A DNA stretch of 64,000 nt from Gekko japonicus (lineage: Eukaryota). The stretch lies in assembly GCF_001447785.1 (NCBI RefSeq), contig NW_015172065.1:208430-272429 (forward strand), read 5' to 3'. Numbering within the stretch: the stretch's first letter is position 1; the number at the start of each line of letters is the position of its first letter. Position numbers and translations under genes: made by a program. The notes below the pieces were generated by a model that saw only the letters and a list, made by a program, of their open reading frames with translations, did not search any database and had not been told where the DNA came from. Shown here piece after piece: positions 35,680-47,964 of this stretch.

Positions 35680-36650
35680 GGGCTTGTCTTCTCCTCCGAG
35701 GCTCTCAGCTTCTGCAGAGGGAGAAAGCCCAGAGCCACCAACTTCCCTTCCCCCGGCCAGCAACCAAGAGGCGAAATCCCCGGGTGTAAACCAGCTTTAC
35801 GTCTTGTTACCTGCTTTGCTTACCCACGCACTCTCCAGTGGACAGCCTCCACACTAGCCGCGAGACTTCTTGCACCTGCGCACTAGTGATACCGACAGTA
35901 CTGTTTCCACCATAACCGGCGTTGCCGTAAGCTCTGCGGGCCGCTATCGCTTGTGGGAGTTGTAGTTTTATTACAGAGAAGAAAACTTCACACGAAGACT
36001 ACAACTCTCAGGATGCCTGCGAATAATGGCTTTATTATCTATTGTTTATTGATTGATTGATTTTAAAATTAATTTGCCTCGGATGCAGAAACCTCGAGGC
36101 ATACATGTATTTTTTCTGTTGTTGTTACAAAAAAAAAATTCCTCTTCTTTAAAGGACGGGGCGTTCCGTGCGTCGTGACGTCACGTGACGCGTACCGTCT
36201 CCCTGGCAGAGGAGGAAACGGAAATGGTTACCGCTATTGGTCGGTAGCAGGAAGTAAGGATCGGTGTCGAGAGGCTTTCTCAGGACCATCGAGGGCGGCA
36301 GGCGAAATCACGGAGAGCCGTGCCCCGGGAAGGGGCTTCGTAAGGGGCCCGGCGGTGAGCGCGGTTGGGCCGCCCCTCTTCCCTTTGTGTTCCCCCAGCC
36401 CCGTGGCGAGCGGAAGGGAGGGGGTGGAGCCCCGCTGGTCCCCGAGCGGAGTCCCGAGCGGCTGCCTTGCGCTCTGGAGAGACGCACTGGGGCCTGTGGC
36501 GCGCCTGGCTAAAGCTGAGAGCCTTGGGAGCCTTCGCAGCGACAAAGAACTGACCCGACGAGGGGGACCGAAGGCAAGAGGCGCAGCTGAGCCAGGAAGC
36601 AGGCGTGGTCTGAAAGAAAAAGAAGGGTGTTTGGAGAACGATCTATAATA
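35680..36650. promoter_or_regulatory. Bidirectional CpG-island promoter shared by CIAO1 (-) and TMEM127 (+)
   Basis: CpG-rich. Two oppositely oriented ZNF143/SBS-type motifs (tgggagttgtagt 35954-35966; actacaactctcaggatgc 35998-36016), overlapping CRE and E-box gtgacgtcacgtgac (36175-36189), ETS-like cggaaat/caggaagt. Candidate first-exon donors at 35823/35810 (-) and 36254 (+). Confidence 0.85.
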
Positions 36651-36738
36651 ACCGCAACAATACTTAGTGTTTGTATAGCACCCTCAGGGGTTTTAAGCAC
36701 TTTACGCTCGCTATTTAAGTAATCGTACAACAATTGTA

Positions 36739-36887
36739 ACAGTGTTCCGTGCACCTCGGCGTTTGGTCATGCCGGCCACATGACCACGGAAACGTCTTCA
36801 GACAGCGCTGGCTCTTCGGCTCGGCAACGGAGATGAGCACCGCCCCCTAGAGTCGGATTCCACTGGCTTTTGAGCAAGGGAAACCTT
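36739..36887 (+). mobile_element. 5'-truncated Sauria SINE
   Basis: Matches the 3' half of the copy at 58.5-58.8 kb; 13-bp TSD tacaacaattgta (36726-36738, 36888-36900). Confidence 0.85.
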
Positions 36888-38358
36888 TACAACAATTGTA
36901 GACCAGTTTTATCCCGATATTGGAAGTTGGCAGGGGGGGGGGGGGCTGAGCGAGAAAATTATTCCAAAATTATGTGGGGAGCTTTTGGCTGAGATGAGTT
37001 CTGAACTGACTTTCCTAGTGCAGTTTTAAGAAGAAGTGCCCACCCCCAAGGGCTTTCAAGGCAAGAGATGAACAGAGGTGGTCTGCCTCTGTGTAGCAAA
37101 CTGGATTGCCCTGCCAGTTTCTTAGTTGCTATGTTAATCAGCCCCTAATTGGTGCTGCTTGTTACTGTTGATTGTAAAGGGGTGTGAGGCCTGGAATCCA
37201 ACTTGAGTTGTGGGGAGGGAATGCATCCCTTCCAGGTTATGTAGGGTCATGCCTCAGGAGGGTTTGCCCTCTCTTGTTCTGGTGCTGGGAGTGGTTCTGT
37301 AGGCTGGGGTGAAAAATTAAAAGGTCTTCTGTACTAGTCAGGCATGTGGAAGACACAAACTTCTTTGTGTGAAACAAGGGAATGCTTTTTCTGTCCCCTA
37401 GATAAACAGTGGTTCTATTTGATCCCTCCCCCTGGATAATTTAATGAATAATTCACTGGCTACACTCTTAAGTGCCCAAATCTCTCTCTTAAGGAAAAAA
37501 GGCTGAACACTGGTGCTGTTTTTTGGGAACGTAGAATAGGAATTATTGGCTGGCTCCTAATAATGATGACAATGGCACTTTGAGTGTTCAGAGCACTTCA
37601 TGTATGCTGTTTTGCTCTTTCAGTCAGTTTATTTTTTAGGAGTATTTACATCTCTAGCTAATGTACAGAGTTCAACACGCTGGCTGCTGTTGTGAAAAAA
37701 ATTGAACCTATATATTTGGCTCAACGTATTCAAGGCACAGACTGTTAAAACGTACTGCTTTTGTGCAACTTAATTTTTTATATAATGCATCTGTGCATAA
37801 AGGTGACTTTTTAAAAAAATGTCCTCATTAAAAGGATACTATAATAGAATTGTTTCATTTTCAGATCTAATTCTCAGGATCTAATCTTATTTTTGAACCC
37901 AGTGCTAAGCATTTTAGTGTAAATTAGTTCATTTCAGTGAACAGCATTTAGGAAGTAGCTGCAAAACATACAGCTGGTTTTACAAGCATGCCCACACATT
38001 TGTATAGCTTTACTGCTGCTATGCTTCTGTTAGTCATTTGTGGGTAAAAGAGGAACTGATCTTTTTAAAACTTCACTGTCTTGGGCAACCAAGTGAGTGG
38101 CTGCTTATAAGCAAGCATCTGCAAATCGCTTGAAGCATCTATTGATTGTCTCTTTCAGGTTCCTAGACTGAGTGCAGAAAACAACTGCATCTGATGATCT
38201 GTTTCGGTTGCTGGTGTTCTGTCAGACTTCTTTGACTTAGCTGGTGCCTAATAGTGTAAGCAATACTGGATGTTTGCTTTCTCCTGAAGATCTCAAGTGC
38301 TTTTGTCTGCAGTTTTCCCATTGGATTTAGCTGATCTAATCTCAGCAAGAGGAGATCC

Positions 38359-38602
38359 ATGTACACCCCAAGTGGCTCGGTATTGCCCAGTGGGCGCAGG
38401 CGAAGAGGCCAAGATGGGAGTGCCTTGCCAAAGCAGCCAGAAAGGAGCCTGGCTTCTGCACTGCCTGGTGCCCTCTCCATAACTGCTCTGTGTACTGCAC
38501 TGGCAGAGCCTGCCTGGCTACGGATTCATGGGGGCACTTGTTCTCGCCAAGAACTGGGCGTTGCTGATGTACTTGGATATGTTGACCCCGAATTGCTTGC
38601 AG
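38359..38602 (+). CDS. TMEM127: TMEM127 coding exon 1
   Basis: ATG 38359 ... GCAG|gtgaga. Confidence 0.95.
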
Positions 38603-41600
38603 GTGAGAGTGAAATGTATAGTGCATGCTTTTGCGCAGTAACTTGGGATTGTTATAGCTGTGCTGCATGTATATATAATGTTCACTTGAAAGTAAGGTCT
38701 ACCAAGTTGGGAACTTGGTCCCAAACAAATATGCAGTCTTTTTGGCAAACGGTAATCAAGGTGGGTTTTTCATGTGTGCTTGTACCTTTGCATGTGATGG
38801 TGAGTCTGGAAGAATAAATAACAGCTTGTACAAGTGTGGTGAATTCATTCCCAAACCATAATGTAGCTGAATTTTGTTGAAAGAAACTCCTTTTTGTTTT
38901 ATTCCAAAACAGCATGCTGTGGCTTTTCCTGTGAAATATATGCTTTATATTAAGGATCAGCAGCTCTAGGCCCAAATCCAGCATACTGAAGAATTCTATC
39001 TCTTCCTGGTTCCTGTTTCAGAGTTAGGAGACTGGATGGGGGGTGGGATTGTTGTATTGCACTGGGGTAGCTAGTTGCCAGCATGGCCAGTGTTATGTAA
39101 TCTTTGCTATTATCCTCGCTGCTTAGAAGTGCAGTGTTTAATTAGTCTAGCCCAAATTAAAGTGCTTAAGACCCACTAATTTCAACGGGAGAAAGGCATA
39201 TGCTTAACTGGGATATTTAAACACGCAGCCCTTAAGGTAGGACTGCGACTCAATTTAAAAAAAATCCATAGTTGGCATGCAGAAGGTCCCAGATGCCCTG
39301 GCATCTTCAGGTAGTAGGTGTGAAGAGATTTGCTCTGCCATAGGCTGAAGAACCACTCCTGGCACAGGCAATACAATGCCAGATGGAACGATGGTTTAAC
39401 ACAGTAGTAAATTGCTTCATATCTTTGTATATGTGCTTTAACTTTGGCTGGGTCTGTCAGCATATAATTCTCTGCAATTTAAATGTAGCCAGAAAGCAGA
39501 AAGTGTCTTAAGCTGCAGGTGTACCACCAAAAAGTCTGCATTACTGACAAGGAAGTTGCATAACTGTGCTTGCCTGTTCAAATGATGTGTTTGCTTAACA
39601 GAGCTGTTTCTTTAACATATCATATCCCCACCCTCTTCTATGATATCTTTTCCATTTATTCACCTTAAGGTTAGTGATAGGGGACAACAAGGTCAAGTCA
39701 CAGAGTATACACATAAAAACCAGCCCGACTGATTTTTTTGCAAACATTGCCACTTCAGCCGTGTGTAGTTAATTTTCAGCCAGACAGTTGGCTGGTCACC
39801 AGCAGATCTTCTATGCCGGACCCAGCAGCTTTCCACTATTAAACTGCTACATTTGAGAATTACAGTGTACCCCACCTGTGGCTTTTGTTCCTCCCACTAT
39901 ACCACCACACCAAATAGTTATGCCCACAATCTTCATGCCTAGAAGGCCCCCTGCATTGTCCTCCCCCCTCTGCTTCCCAAAATAGTCCTTCAAGACTATT
40001 GCTTAAATCCCATAGCTCTCAGCCCCAGCCAAAATGGAGCCTAGGTATGTGTACATATTCACCTGTTAAACTTGCCTTTCTCTTTCCTTCTTCCCCCCCT
40101 TTGTCACTTTGTCCACCTTCGGGGCTTTTGTCTTCTGTGATGTGCTATCTGCAGTGATGCTAATATATAGGTAATAAAAGCAGAAGATAATTCTGTGGAT
40201 GGGAGCAAGAGGAAATTGACTTCAAAGGAGGCTGAATCATTCTGATGTCCCTTGCTGTGGCAGTCTAGCTTTGTCTTCAATGCATCAGGCACTTTGTGAA
40301 TATTCCTTTAGTATTAGGTTATGTGACTACTGTGTTGCCTACAAAAGAAATGTATCATGCTTGATTTCAGATGATCTTATTGAATAGGCTTTTATGCAGC
40401 TTGTTGTCATGGTGAAACTGATATAAAACAGGACTACATAGTGTGGTGAGCTGGGACTCAGCTGCCCAACATATCCTGAAGAACTTCTGGGAAATCCTTA
40501 GTTTCCTGTTAGAAACTTCTGGATCCCAGATCTCATTTTCTAAAAGCCATTTTTGCCCCCAGACTTACAGAGACTGGAAAATGTGAGGGCTAAAATAGAA
40601 GAGAAACANNNNNNNNNNNNNNNCTAAGGCCAATGGTCCGTCTTTCTCCCCCCCCTCCCCCCCCGGACAGATTCACAATGATAACTTTTTAAGAACATTG
40701 GACTCAATCCAATCATTGTATGGCAGCTTTGCAAATAAACCTATGTAAATTACTATCCAGAAAAACGTTGGCTAGCCTGCTTGCCTTTGCCTACCTGTGT
40801 GACCCACTGATTGTGTGAAGGAATAGAGGAACTAGATCTCTCCCAGCTGCCATATGTTCACTTCCTTGGTGGTTGCTAGATTAGCTCTAGCTCACCACAG
40901 GTGACTAGTGGCTCACAAGTCTGGTGTAAGGTAAAATTAATCAAAAATATTTGCTTCCTTAATGTCTAGCAGAGCCCAGGTATCTTGTGGGAGCGATACA
41001 CAGACTTGTATGAGTTTCAGACTATTTAGGACCTGGATCCCTTGAACTGTGAAACTTTCCTAAAATATAGGAGCTTCAGACTTGTTTGTGTCTAATGGCA
41101 GCCCATGCCTAGCAGCTGGGCAGACAACATCTGAAATGAAGGGGAGATTCTAAAGCAATTTGTGATCTAGCATTGGAGGGGTGTCAGCTATTCACAGTTT
41201 TAAAAAGTCAAGAATTCTATGTGACTAGTGCAAGCATATTGTGTAAGCCTAGGCCACTGTTTGGATTACAAGCAGTGTTCCCTCTAAGCTGAGTTAGTGT
41301 GAGCTGGCTCATAGTTTTTTAGCCTCCAGCTCGCTGATTTTTGCCTTAGCTCAGGAAGGATGGCTCCAGAGCAAACTAATTTATGCAGTAGCCAAATAGT
41401 TTGCTCACAACTTTAATGCCAGTAGCTCACAATGTAGAATTTTTGCTCACAAGACTCCACAGCTTAGAGGGAACATTGATTACAAGTGATATATATTTGC
41501 TTGTCATATTATAGATGAAAGCTCTTCTGCAAAAGTAGCTGTCTTTTTCTTGTTACAGTGCTGGTTACATTGATGGTACTGTAAGAACTGTCATATTTGT

Positions 41601-44600
41601 TTGCTTTGAAACTTTAAAATCTACCCATTTTCATTTGGAATTGTGCCAGGTTCATTAAACTGGTGGTCAGGTCATGACATTTAATTATATGCAACCAGAA
41701 AACATGGTGCCCAGTTTGAGCTCCTTCTCTTAAGTCTGTTTTTGATCAGGCTCTCTGTGATGGGCATTGCCTTTCTGTACATTAGCTTATGAGCTAGTAG
41801 TGTTTCAAAATGGACCACACTGTACTTGATTTGGATTTTTCACCTTGTTGCCCTGGTGAAAGCACAAAAAACACTGTGTTGAGCACCTAGGTCAGTGGGA
41901 AAGGTCTTGAGAAGATACGGTGTGGAACAGAAGCTGTTGGGCTGAAATGACTCCCTGCTTTTATTGGAATGGCTAATATGCAAGCTCATTAGCACTGTCA
42001 AAACAATATGAGGCTAGAAGGAAGTGCTTGATCTCAATGGAAGTGGAAAGATCTGAGTCAGACATCCTCTTGAAGGCATTAGGAGCAAGTTGTAATAAAT
42101 GCTCATAACAAGGCTGTCACTAGAGTAATAAACTAAGAGCTCGAAGCTGAGAATGTTGACTGGTTGTGCCATTAGCAAATGAAGGGCAGCTGCTTCCCTT
42201 ATACAATTGCCCCAAGGCAATTGCCATTGGTGCAGCCAGAGGCAGAACCCTACATGAGATCTGTAGATTTACCATGTACTTGGAATCTGGTTATTTGGTG
42301 CCCTGAGAATAATTTTATTTAAACATAAAAATAAGTCTCTGGCCTTTGGAAAGGTTATTTAGAAGCAAAATGATGTTACGGTAGGGTTCATGTTGTAAAA
42401 GACCAGAGCATCTTCCATACTGTGGCAACTATTCATCTTAGCAAAATATAATCATCCCACAGACTCAGTAAGTTAAGGCATAATTCCCGTTTCACAGATG
42501 GGGAACTGATCCAAGAGTGACTTGCTCAAGTGAAAAGCTCACTGGATCCTTTGTCTTCAACAAAACAAGGAGAGCTGAGTCCCTTTTTTGTGCATAACTT
42601 GCTGCAAACAATGTAAGCTGCTTCACACTCCTCATGTGGCATTAAAATGTTTAAAAATGTTACGTTTGTCTTCAGCACGAGTCACACTGCTCCCTTCAGA
42701 CAGTCTTCTCCTTCTGGTGCCCTTTCTTAGGGCTGCCTGTTTGGCAATAGACGCATCACAAGGTTTTCTCAGTGGTAGGCCCAGTCCTCTGGAGTGGGTG
42801 CAGAGGGCACCTTCCTTGGCTGCATTAAGGAAGGTCTGCAAGACGGTTTTATTTCAGAGGGCATTAGGTGGAGGGTAAACTGCTTGGCTGTGGTTTTATG
42901 CTGCATATTGTTGGGTTTTTATTTTGGTTTTTTTATCTTGATATTTAAGTTATTTTTTTTGTTCTTGCAACTTGTTGCTGCTGTTACCCACCTTGAGTCT
43001 AAAGACAGGAAGCAGGATATAAATACTTCAAATAAATAAAAAGTTAGATTGTAAGCAGTCTAGACTGCCTCATGTCTGTGTATTTCACTTCATCTCACCC
43101 ATCGTTAGTGATGTGGGGCAGAAAATTTTCTATGGAATATTTGTCCACGGAAAACTTTCCTCCCCACATATGTACATATATTCTGTTTATCTATAGTTGT
43201 CAGGGTTGTTGTGCTGTGTATCCATCATATCATATGGGCTGACTGTGAGATGAAAAATGGACTGACCCCAGTGCTTTTACATAGTCCAAGCATGTATGCG
43301 GTGTACTTGTTATCTTTTGCTAACATGATTTAAATTTTGGTGATGCTATTCAAGTATTTAAATTTGAATCCAAAAATTTTCTGATTCAGATTTTCCTGAA
43401 AAACCCATATCACTGTCCACCGTGGATGAAAAATAAATATTTAGGCCCTGTACATTCTGACACAGCTGTCCATTAAAAAGCTGAATTCTCAGAATGCTCT
43501 AGGAAGCTTCTGTTCTTATAAGCAGAAGTGATGCTTGCAAAAACTCAATGTTTTGGACTCTCTTTTTTTCCCCTTCCCTGTTGCAGACTACTGCATGAAC
43601 CCCCAGACAGTATTACTACTCCGGGTTATTGCTGCTTTTTGCTTCCTGGGAATTATCTGCAGCCTCTCAGCCTTCCTGTTAGATGTCTTTGGACCTAAAC
43701 ATCCTGCTCTGAAGATAACTCGGCGCTATGCATTTGCCCACATCCTCACAGGTAATGTCACTGGTAGGTGGGGGACTGGCCCTCTCTTAGGTTTCCTCTG
43801 TGATGCTTATCTTCACGACCCTTTTCCAACTGAGTTTTGAAATCCTGTAGTGGAGTTGGTTCTGGGGCTACCAGATACCTGGCACAGCTCCAAGCAGATG
43901 TATTTGGCAGCTGAATAGTATCCTAGGCAGTGGCTATGTGGTGCCACATCTTTCTCTTCACCCTCCCCATGAGATAACTTCAAAAAAAACCCAACACCGT
44001 TTTCATTAATCCTTTGTCTTAATCCTAGTGAAAATATACCCCAAATATGTGGAACTGCATTTCCTATAGGCTTTGTTACCTTTTCCCTCTATGGATTCTC
44101 TCCTTTGTTATGTCAAAACACTGTGTGAGCTCACTCCTTGGGGCAGACCTTGGGCTTACACTGTGAAATGACACATATCAATAGGATTACATAAATAATA
44201 CTCTAACAGTTACAATAAGTTTGCTTTGCCCTCTGCATGGGGCAATGAAGTCCTTTGGTCCAGGAAATTACACACAGAAATATCTGAAGCGCTATGCCAA
44301 CCTAGTGTAGGCAATAGGACCTCACATCTGTATGATCAGATTGTGTTTTTAATACTTGTTAATTGTCATGCCACTTTCTAGTGCAAGAGAGGGAAAAGCC
44401 AGAAGCCAGGTGTTTATATACTTCATCTGTACCCTACCTTTCTTCCCAATGGGGACCCAGATTGGCTTACACTTTACAATTCTCCTTGCCTCCATTTTAT
44501 CTTCATGACCACCTTGTTAGATTGGTTAGGCTGAGAGTATGGGACCAGCCCAAGGCCAGCCAGCAAGCTGCCAGGGCTGAGCAGGGATTCGAACCTGGGT

Positions 44601-45269
44601 TCACTATAGTCCAACACACTTAACTATTACATACACCACATTGGGTCTCTTGTTGATTTTGTCTCTGGCAAAATGGCAACCCATGATCAAGAACATGTCT
44701 CTTAAGTTCAAAGGAACAGAAAAATGTGTGTCCACATGACTTAAATTCAGATTATCAAAGCATTGTCATTTTATTTCATTTTCACCTTCCAGCCTTACAT
44801 GTCCCATCAGCTGTATTCACAGTTCTCTTTATGAAGTAGTGCTGGGGGTAAAGATGTTCTTTGCATCACTGAGGCAGGCGCCATGCGACTCTGTGTTGTG
44901 GTACCAAGCTGCTCAAGCAGTTCCTTCACTAAGTCTCCTTGCTTTCTGCTTCTGCCCTCAGTGCTGCAATGTGCCACAGTGATTGGGTTCTGTTACTGGG
45001 CCTCTGAGCTGATCCTCGCGCAGCAGCAGCAGCACAAAAAGTACCACGGCTCACAAGTCTACGTTACGTTTGCTGTCAGCTTTTACCTGGTGGCTGGAGC
45101 CGGTGGGGCCTCCATCCTCGCCACAGCTGCCAACCTGCTGCGCCACTACCCCACCGAAGAGGAGGAGCAAGCCTTGGAGCTCCTCTCTGAAATGGAGGAG
45201 AATGAACCTTACCCAGCAGAGTATGAAGTGATCAACCAGTTCCAGCCACCTCCGGCGTACACACCATAA
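38359..45269 (+). CDS. TMEM127: Transmembrane protein 127, 3 coding exons, 238 aa
   Basis: [16 protein letters not shown]...[23 protein letters not shown]...[10 protein letters not shown]; exons 244+165+308=717 nt. Confidence 0.98.
41273..41478 (+). mobile_element. hAT-type MITE copy 3
   Basis: ~19-bp TIRs cagtgttccctctaagctg / cagcttagagggaacattg; 8-bp TSD attacaag. Confidence 0.9.
43587..43751 (+). CDS. TMEM127: TMEM127 coding exon 2 ([18 protein letters not shown]...HILT)
   Basis: ttgcag|AC ... ACAG|gtaatg, 165 nt. Confidence 0.95.
44962..45269 (+). CDS. TMEM127: TMEM127 coding exon 3 ([10 protein letters not shown]...PPPAYTP*)
   Basis: cctcag|TG ... TAA; C-terminal PPxY motif. Confidence 0.95.
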
Positions 45270-47958
45270 TGCTACCATTGGCTGACTGGAGGGGGAGGGA
45301 TTAGACTTTCTTCCAGTCCACGCCCCCCACCCCCAGAGCCTAGCTGCACACTTTGGCTTGGGAATGGATTCCCTTGCAGAGCCACTTACTGGTGCTTCTT
45401 TTCCCAGGTGGCTCACTTACTTCCAACTATGGAAAGAACTGCCTTTGGGGGATCACCCGAGCAGGGGTTTTTCCTTAGGCACTGACCTCCAGAGCAACCC
45501 TTTGTTCTTGGGTGGGTTTTCTGTTTGTTTTCTAGTCCCCTGCATCATTATGTCAAGTGAGTGGCTGACTGACCAGCGTGACCCAGCGGCTCTGTGCTTT
45601 CTCTGTGACTCCAGTGACTGGCGCTGCTGTGTGGGGGTCCACATGCTTTGCAGTCCAGTGCACATACTCCCACTCCAAGAGGAAAAGCATAGTTGCTCCA
45701 GGAAGAGGGCTTTGCCTTGTATGTGACAGAGATGGCACGTGCACAGCTTAACTGGGGATGAGCCACAATTTTGCATTGTGAGGAGATTTTTCATGCTGGC
45801 ATAACTACTCAGAGTAGTGAATTCAACAGTCATGCACTGTTTATTATCCACCCAAGCTCAATGCGCCTCTTTCCTTTTTTTCAAAAAAGAAAAATGTGAT
45901 TTGCATCAATATTTACATTGGGGGGGCGGGAGAGTGTGTTCTGCATTTAGCACACTTTAAGGTGGGAATCTGGTCTCTATGCACTGGTTTGTGGGGAGGT
46001 GACTCCTTTCCATTGATATATGTACTGCCTGGAAGGCACGGTACGCTTGCTGCCGCCCCTGCTTCATCCACTCCCACATTCTGCCTCATGCTACTTAACA
46101 AAAGCATTTTGCACTTTATTTGCTGTTCATGCAGCCCCCCCCCCCTTCCCTCCCCAGGTACTTAGAGGAGGGAGAGTCAATAAAACTTGGCAGAACCAGC
46201 TCCAGGGTATTGCCACTATTGAGATTCTCTTGGATAGGTTTGTAGGTACTGGACTTGATTGGGGGTAAAGGAACAGGGCTTGGCCCACAGAAGAAGTGCT
46301 GTTCCAGTTGGGGCACACTGGATTGGCACTATTGCTACAAACACACAGCCTACGGTAGGCTTAGGACGCGTTTTTAAAACACACTGGGTTTAAAGATTAA
46401 CAGTACTGAAATTTGTTCAGTGATCATCATCTCATCTAGTGATCTAGATTATATGCAACTACCCGGCCCCAGGCATGATTTTAATCTATTTTTACTTAAA
46501 CCTTTTCTAACTACCCATGGTCCTTAGCCCGTCTAACCCCAAAATTATTTCTTCCAAATTAAGTGGGTATATTAGGGAGGGTCCTGATCATTAACAGAAT
46601 GTGATATAAGAGCCTCTGAAAGTGAAGAGAAAAATGATTGATTTCCCTTTTGTTTGTGCATATTGTGGTACACTGAGCTAAAATCACTTAGAATAAGCCA
46701 GTGATTTCCCTTACTCACTGAAGCCATCTGTTGTTGACTGAGGCATGGCTTGTGTAGACTGGAAAATGTGGGAAGGAAAGTGAAATAAACCTATCAAGGT
46801 TGTAGTTCTTGCTTAAAAATGTAATGCCCTTTGAAAGAAGAGGAAATATTTAAATGTTTCCGTGCTTTCAGTATGGGATGTGCTCTTACTCAGCTTAAGA
46901 TGAGGTTCAGTTATGTGTCAATACCTGATTAATGGTACTGCCTGTATACGAACACTGAACCTATATCCAGTAGGCAGTGCTGTCTTGTCTCCCTCCTGAA
47001 TTAATATCTTGGTTTAGTGTACCAGCTTCTCTCTGTCCTTCCCATGTTTGTTCTAGTTCTTGCAGGGGAAGATATGCACAGGGTAGGCTGGCATCAGTCA
47101 GTCCTGGCTACTGATATGAAATGTTAGAAGTCCGTCTATAGAGGAAGGCATGACATGTTAGTGGCTTTTTTGGGAGAGTGGGGCAAAAGCTCCAATTAAA
47201 TTCTAGAGTGAGACACTTGACCCTCTGTTGTGTCATCTGAAAGACGTAGAGGAAAATGACTGTGCTTTAGAGTTCCGTAACAGTGCAGTGTGGGGGGAAA
47301 AGTAGGAAGAGCAATTGTTCTTTGCAGAGGAACAGCCCGCCAAAGGCTTTCATTGCACTGCAGTCCAATGGATAATCTGATGCAAACTTGGGTACACAGC
47401 CAAAAAGAGAGTATCCAGTGGTTCAGCCTCTAATTTTGTGTCCTGTTCTTGCTATCTGATCACCCTCGGCTCCAGGAAAGGACCTATCAAGAATTCACAA
47501 AGTGGACTTCGTAGCACCTTTTGGGTGTGGTGCGAGTGGAGGTCATCCCTTCTCCTCTCCATTCAGTAGTGTGCTGCATATGAGAGAAGAGTTTGACTGT
47601 AAATAGTGTGCATAATTTTACTGTCTCCACTTAAACTCTAATCTTTGGATCCTGAAGAGATTGATTTGAAGCCTGGGGATGTTTTTGTTGATTGATTTCT
47701 TGCAGTTGTCTCCTTCACTGGCTCTGGGAAGGGAAAGCAACCCTGGCAGCACCTCCCTGTGCCAAAAGGAGTTGGATTTGTTTCTGGGATGGAAATGGCT
47801 TCATGCAGCTGTTTTCCACAGATGGGACTTGACCAAAATTGATTTCCATGTAATCTGTGTACTTGGTTACTGTGATCACTTTTACACCTTGAACATCATT
47901 CATGAGGCACTGTTGATTAAATCTGTGTCTAAAGTCTTGGATTCCTTTTTCTACCGAA

Positions 47959-47964
47959 AATAAA
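47959..47964 (+). terminator. Likely distal TMEM127 polyadenylation signal AATAAA (3' UTR ~2.7 kb)
   Basis: Canonical hexamer at the end of a repeat-poor, UTR-like stretch; other AATAAA copies occur upstream (e.g. ~46178, ~46784). Confidence 0.45.

Noticed and set aside
36175-36648. 157-aa ORF in the CIAO1/TMEM127 promoter, and similar ORFs at 57.3-58.1 kb
   Set aside because: GC-rich CpG-island sequence with low-complexity R/G/P translation and no homology I recognise.
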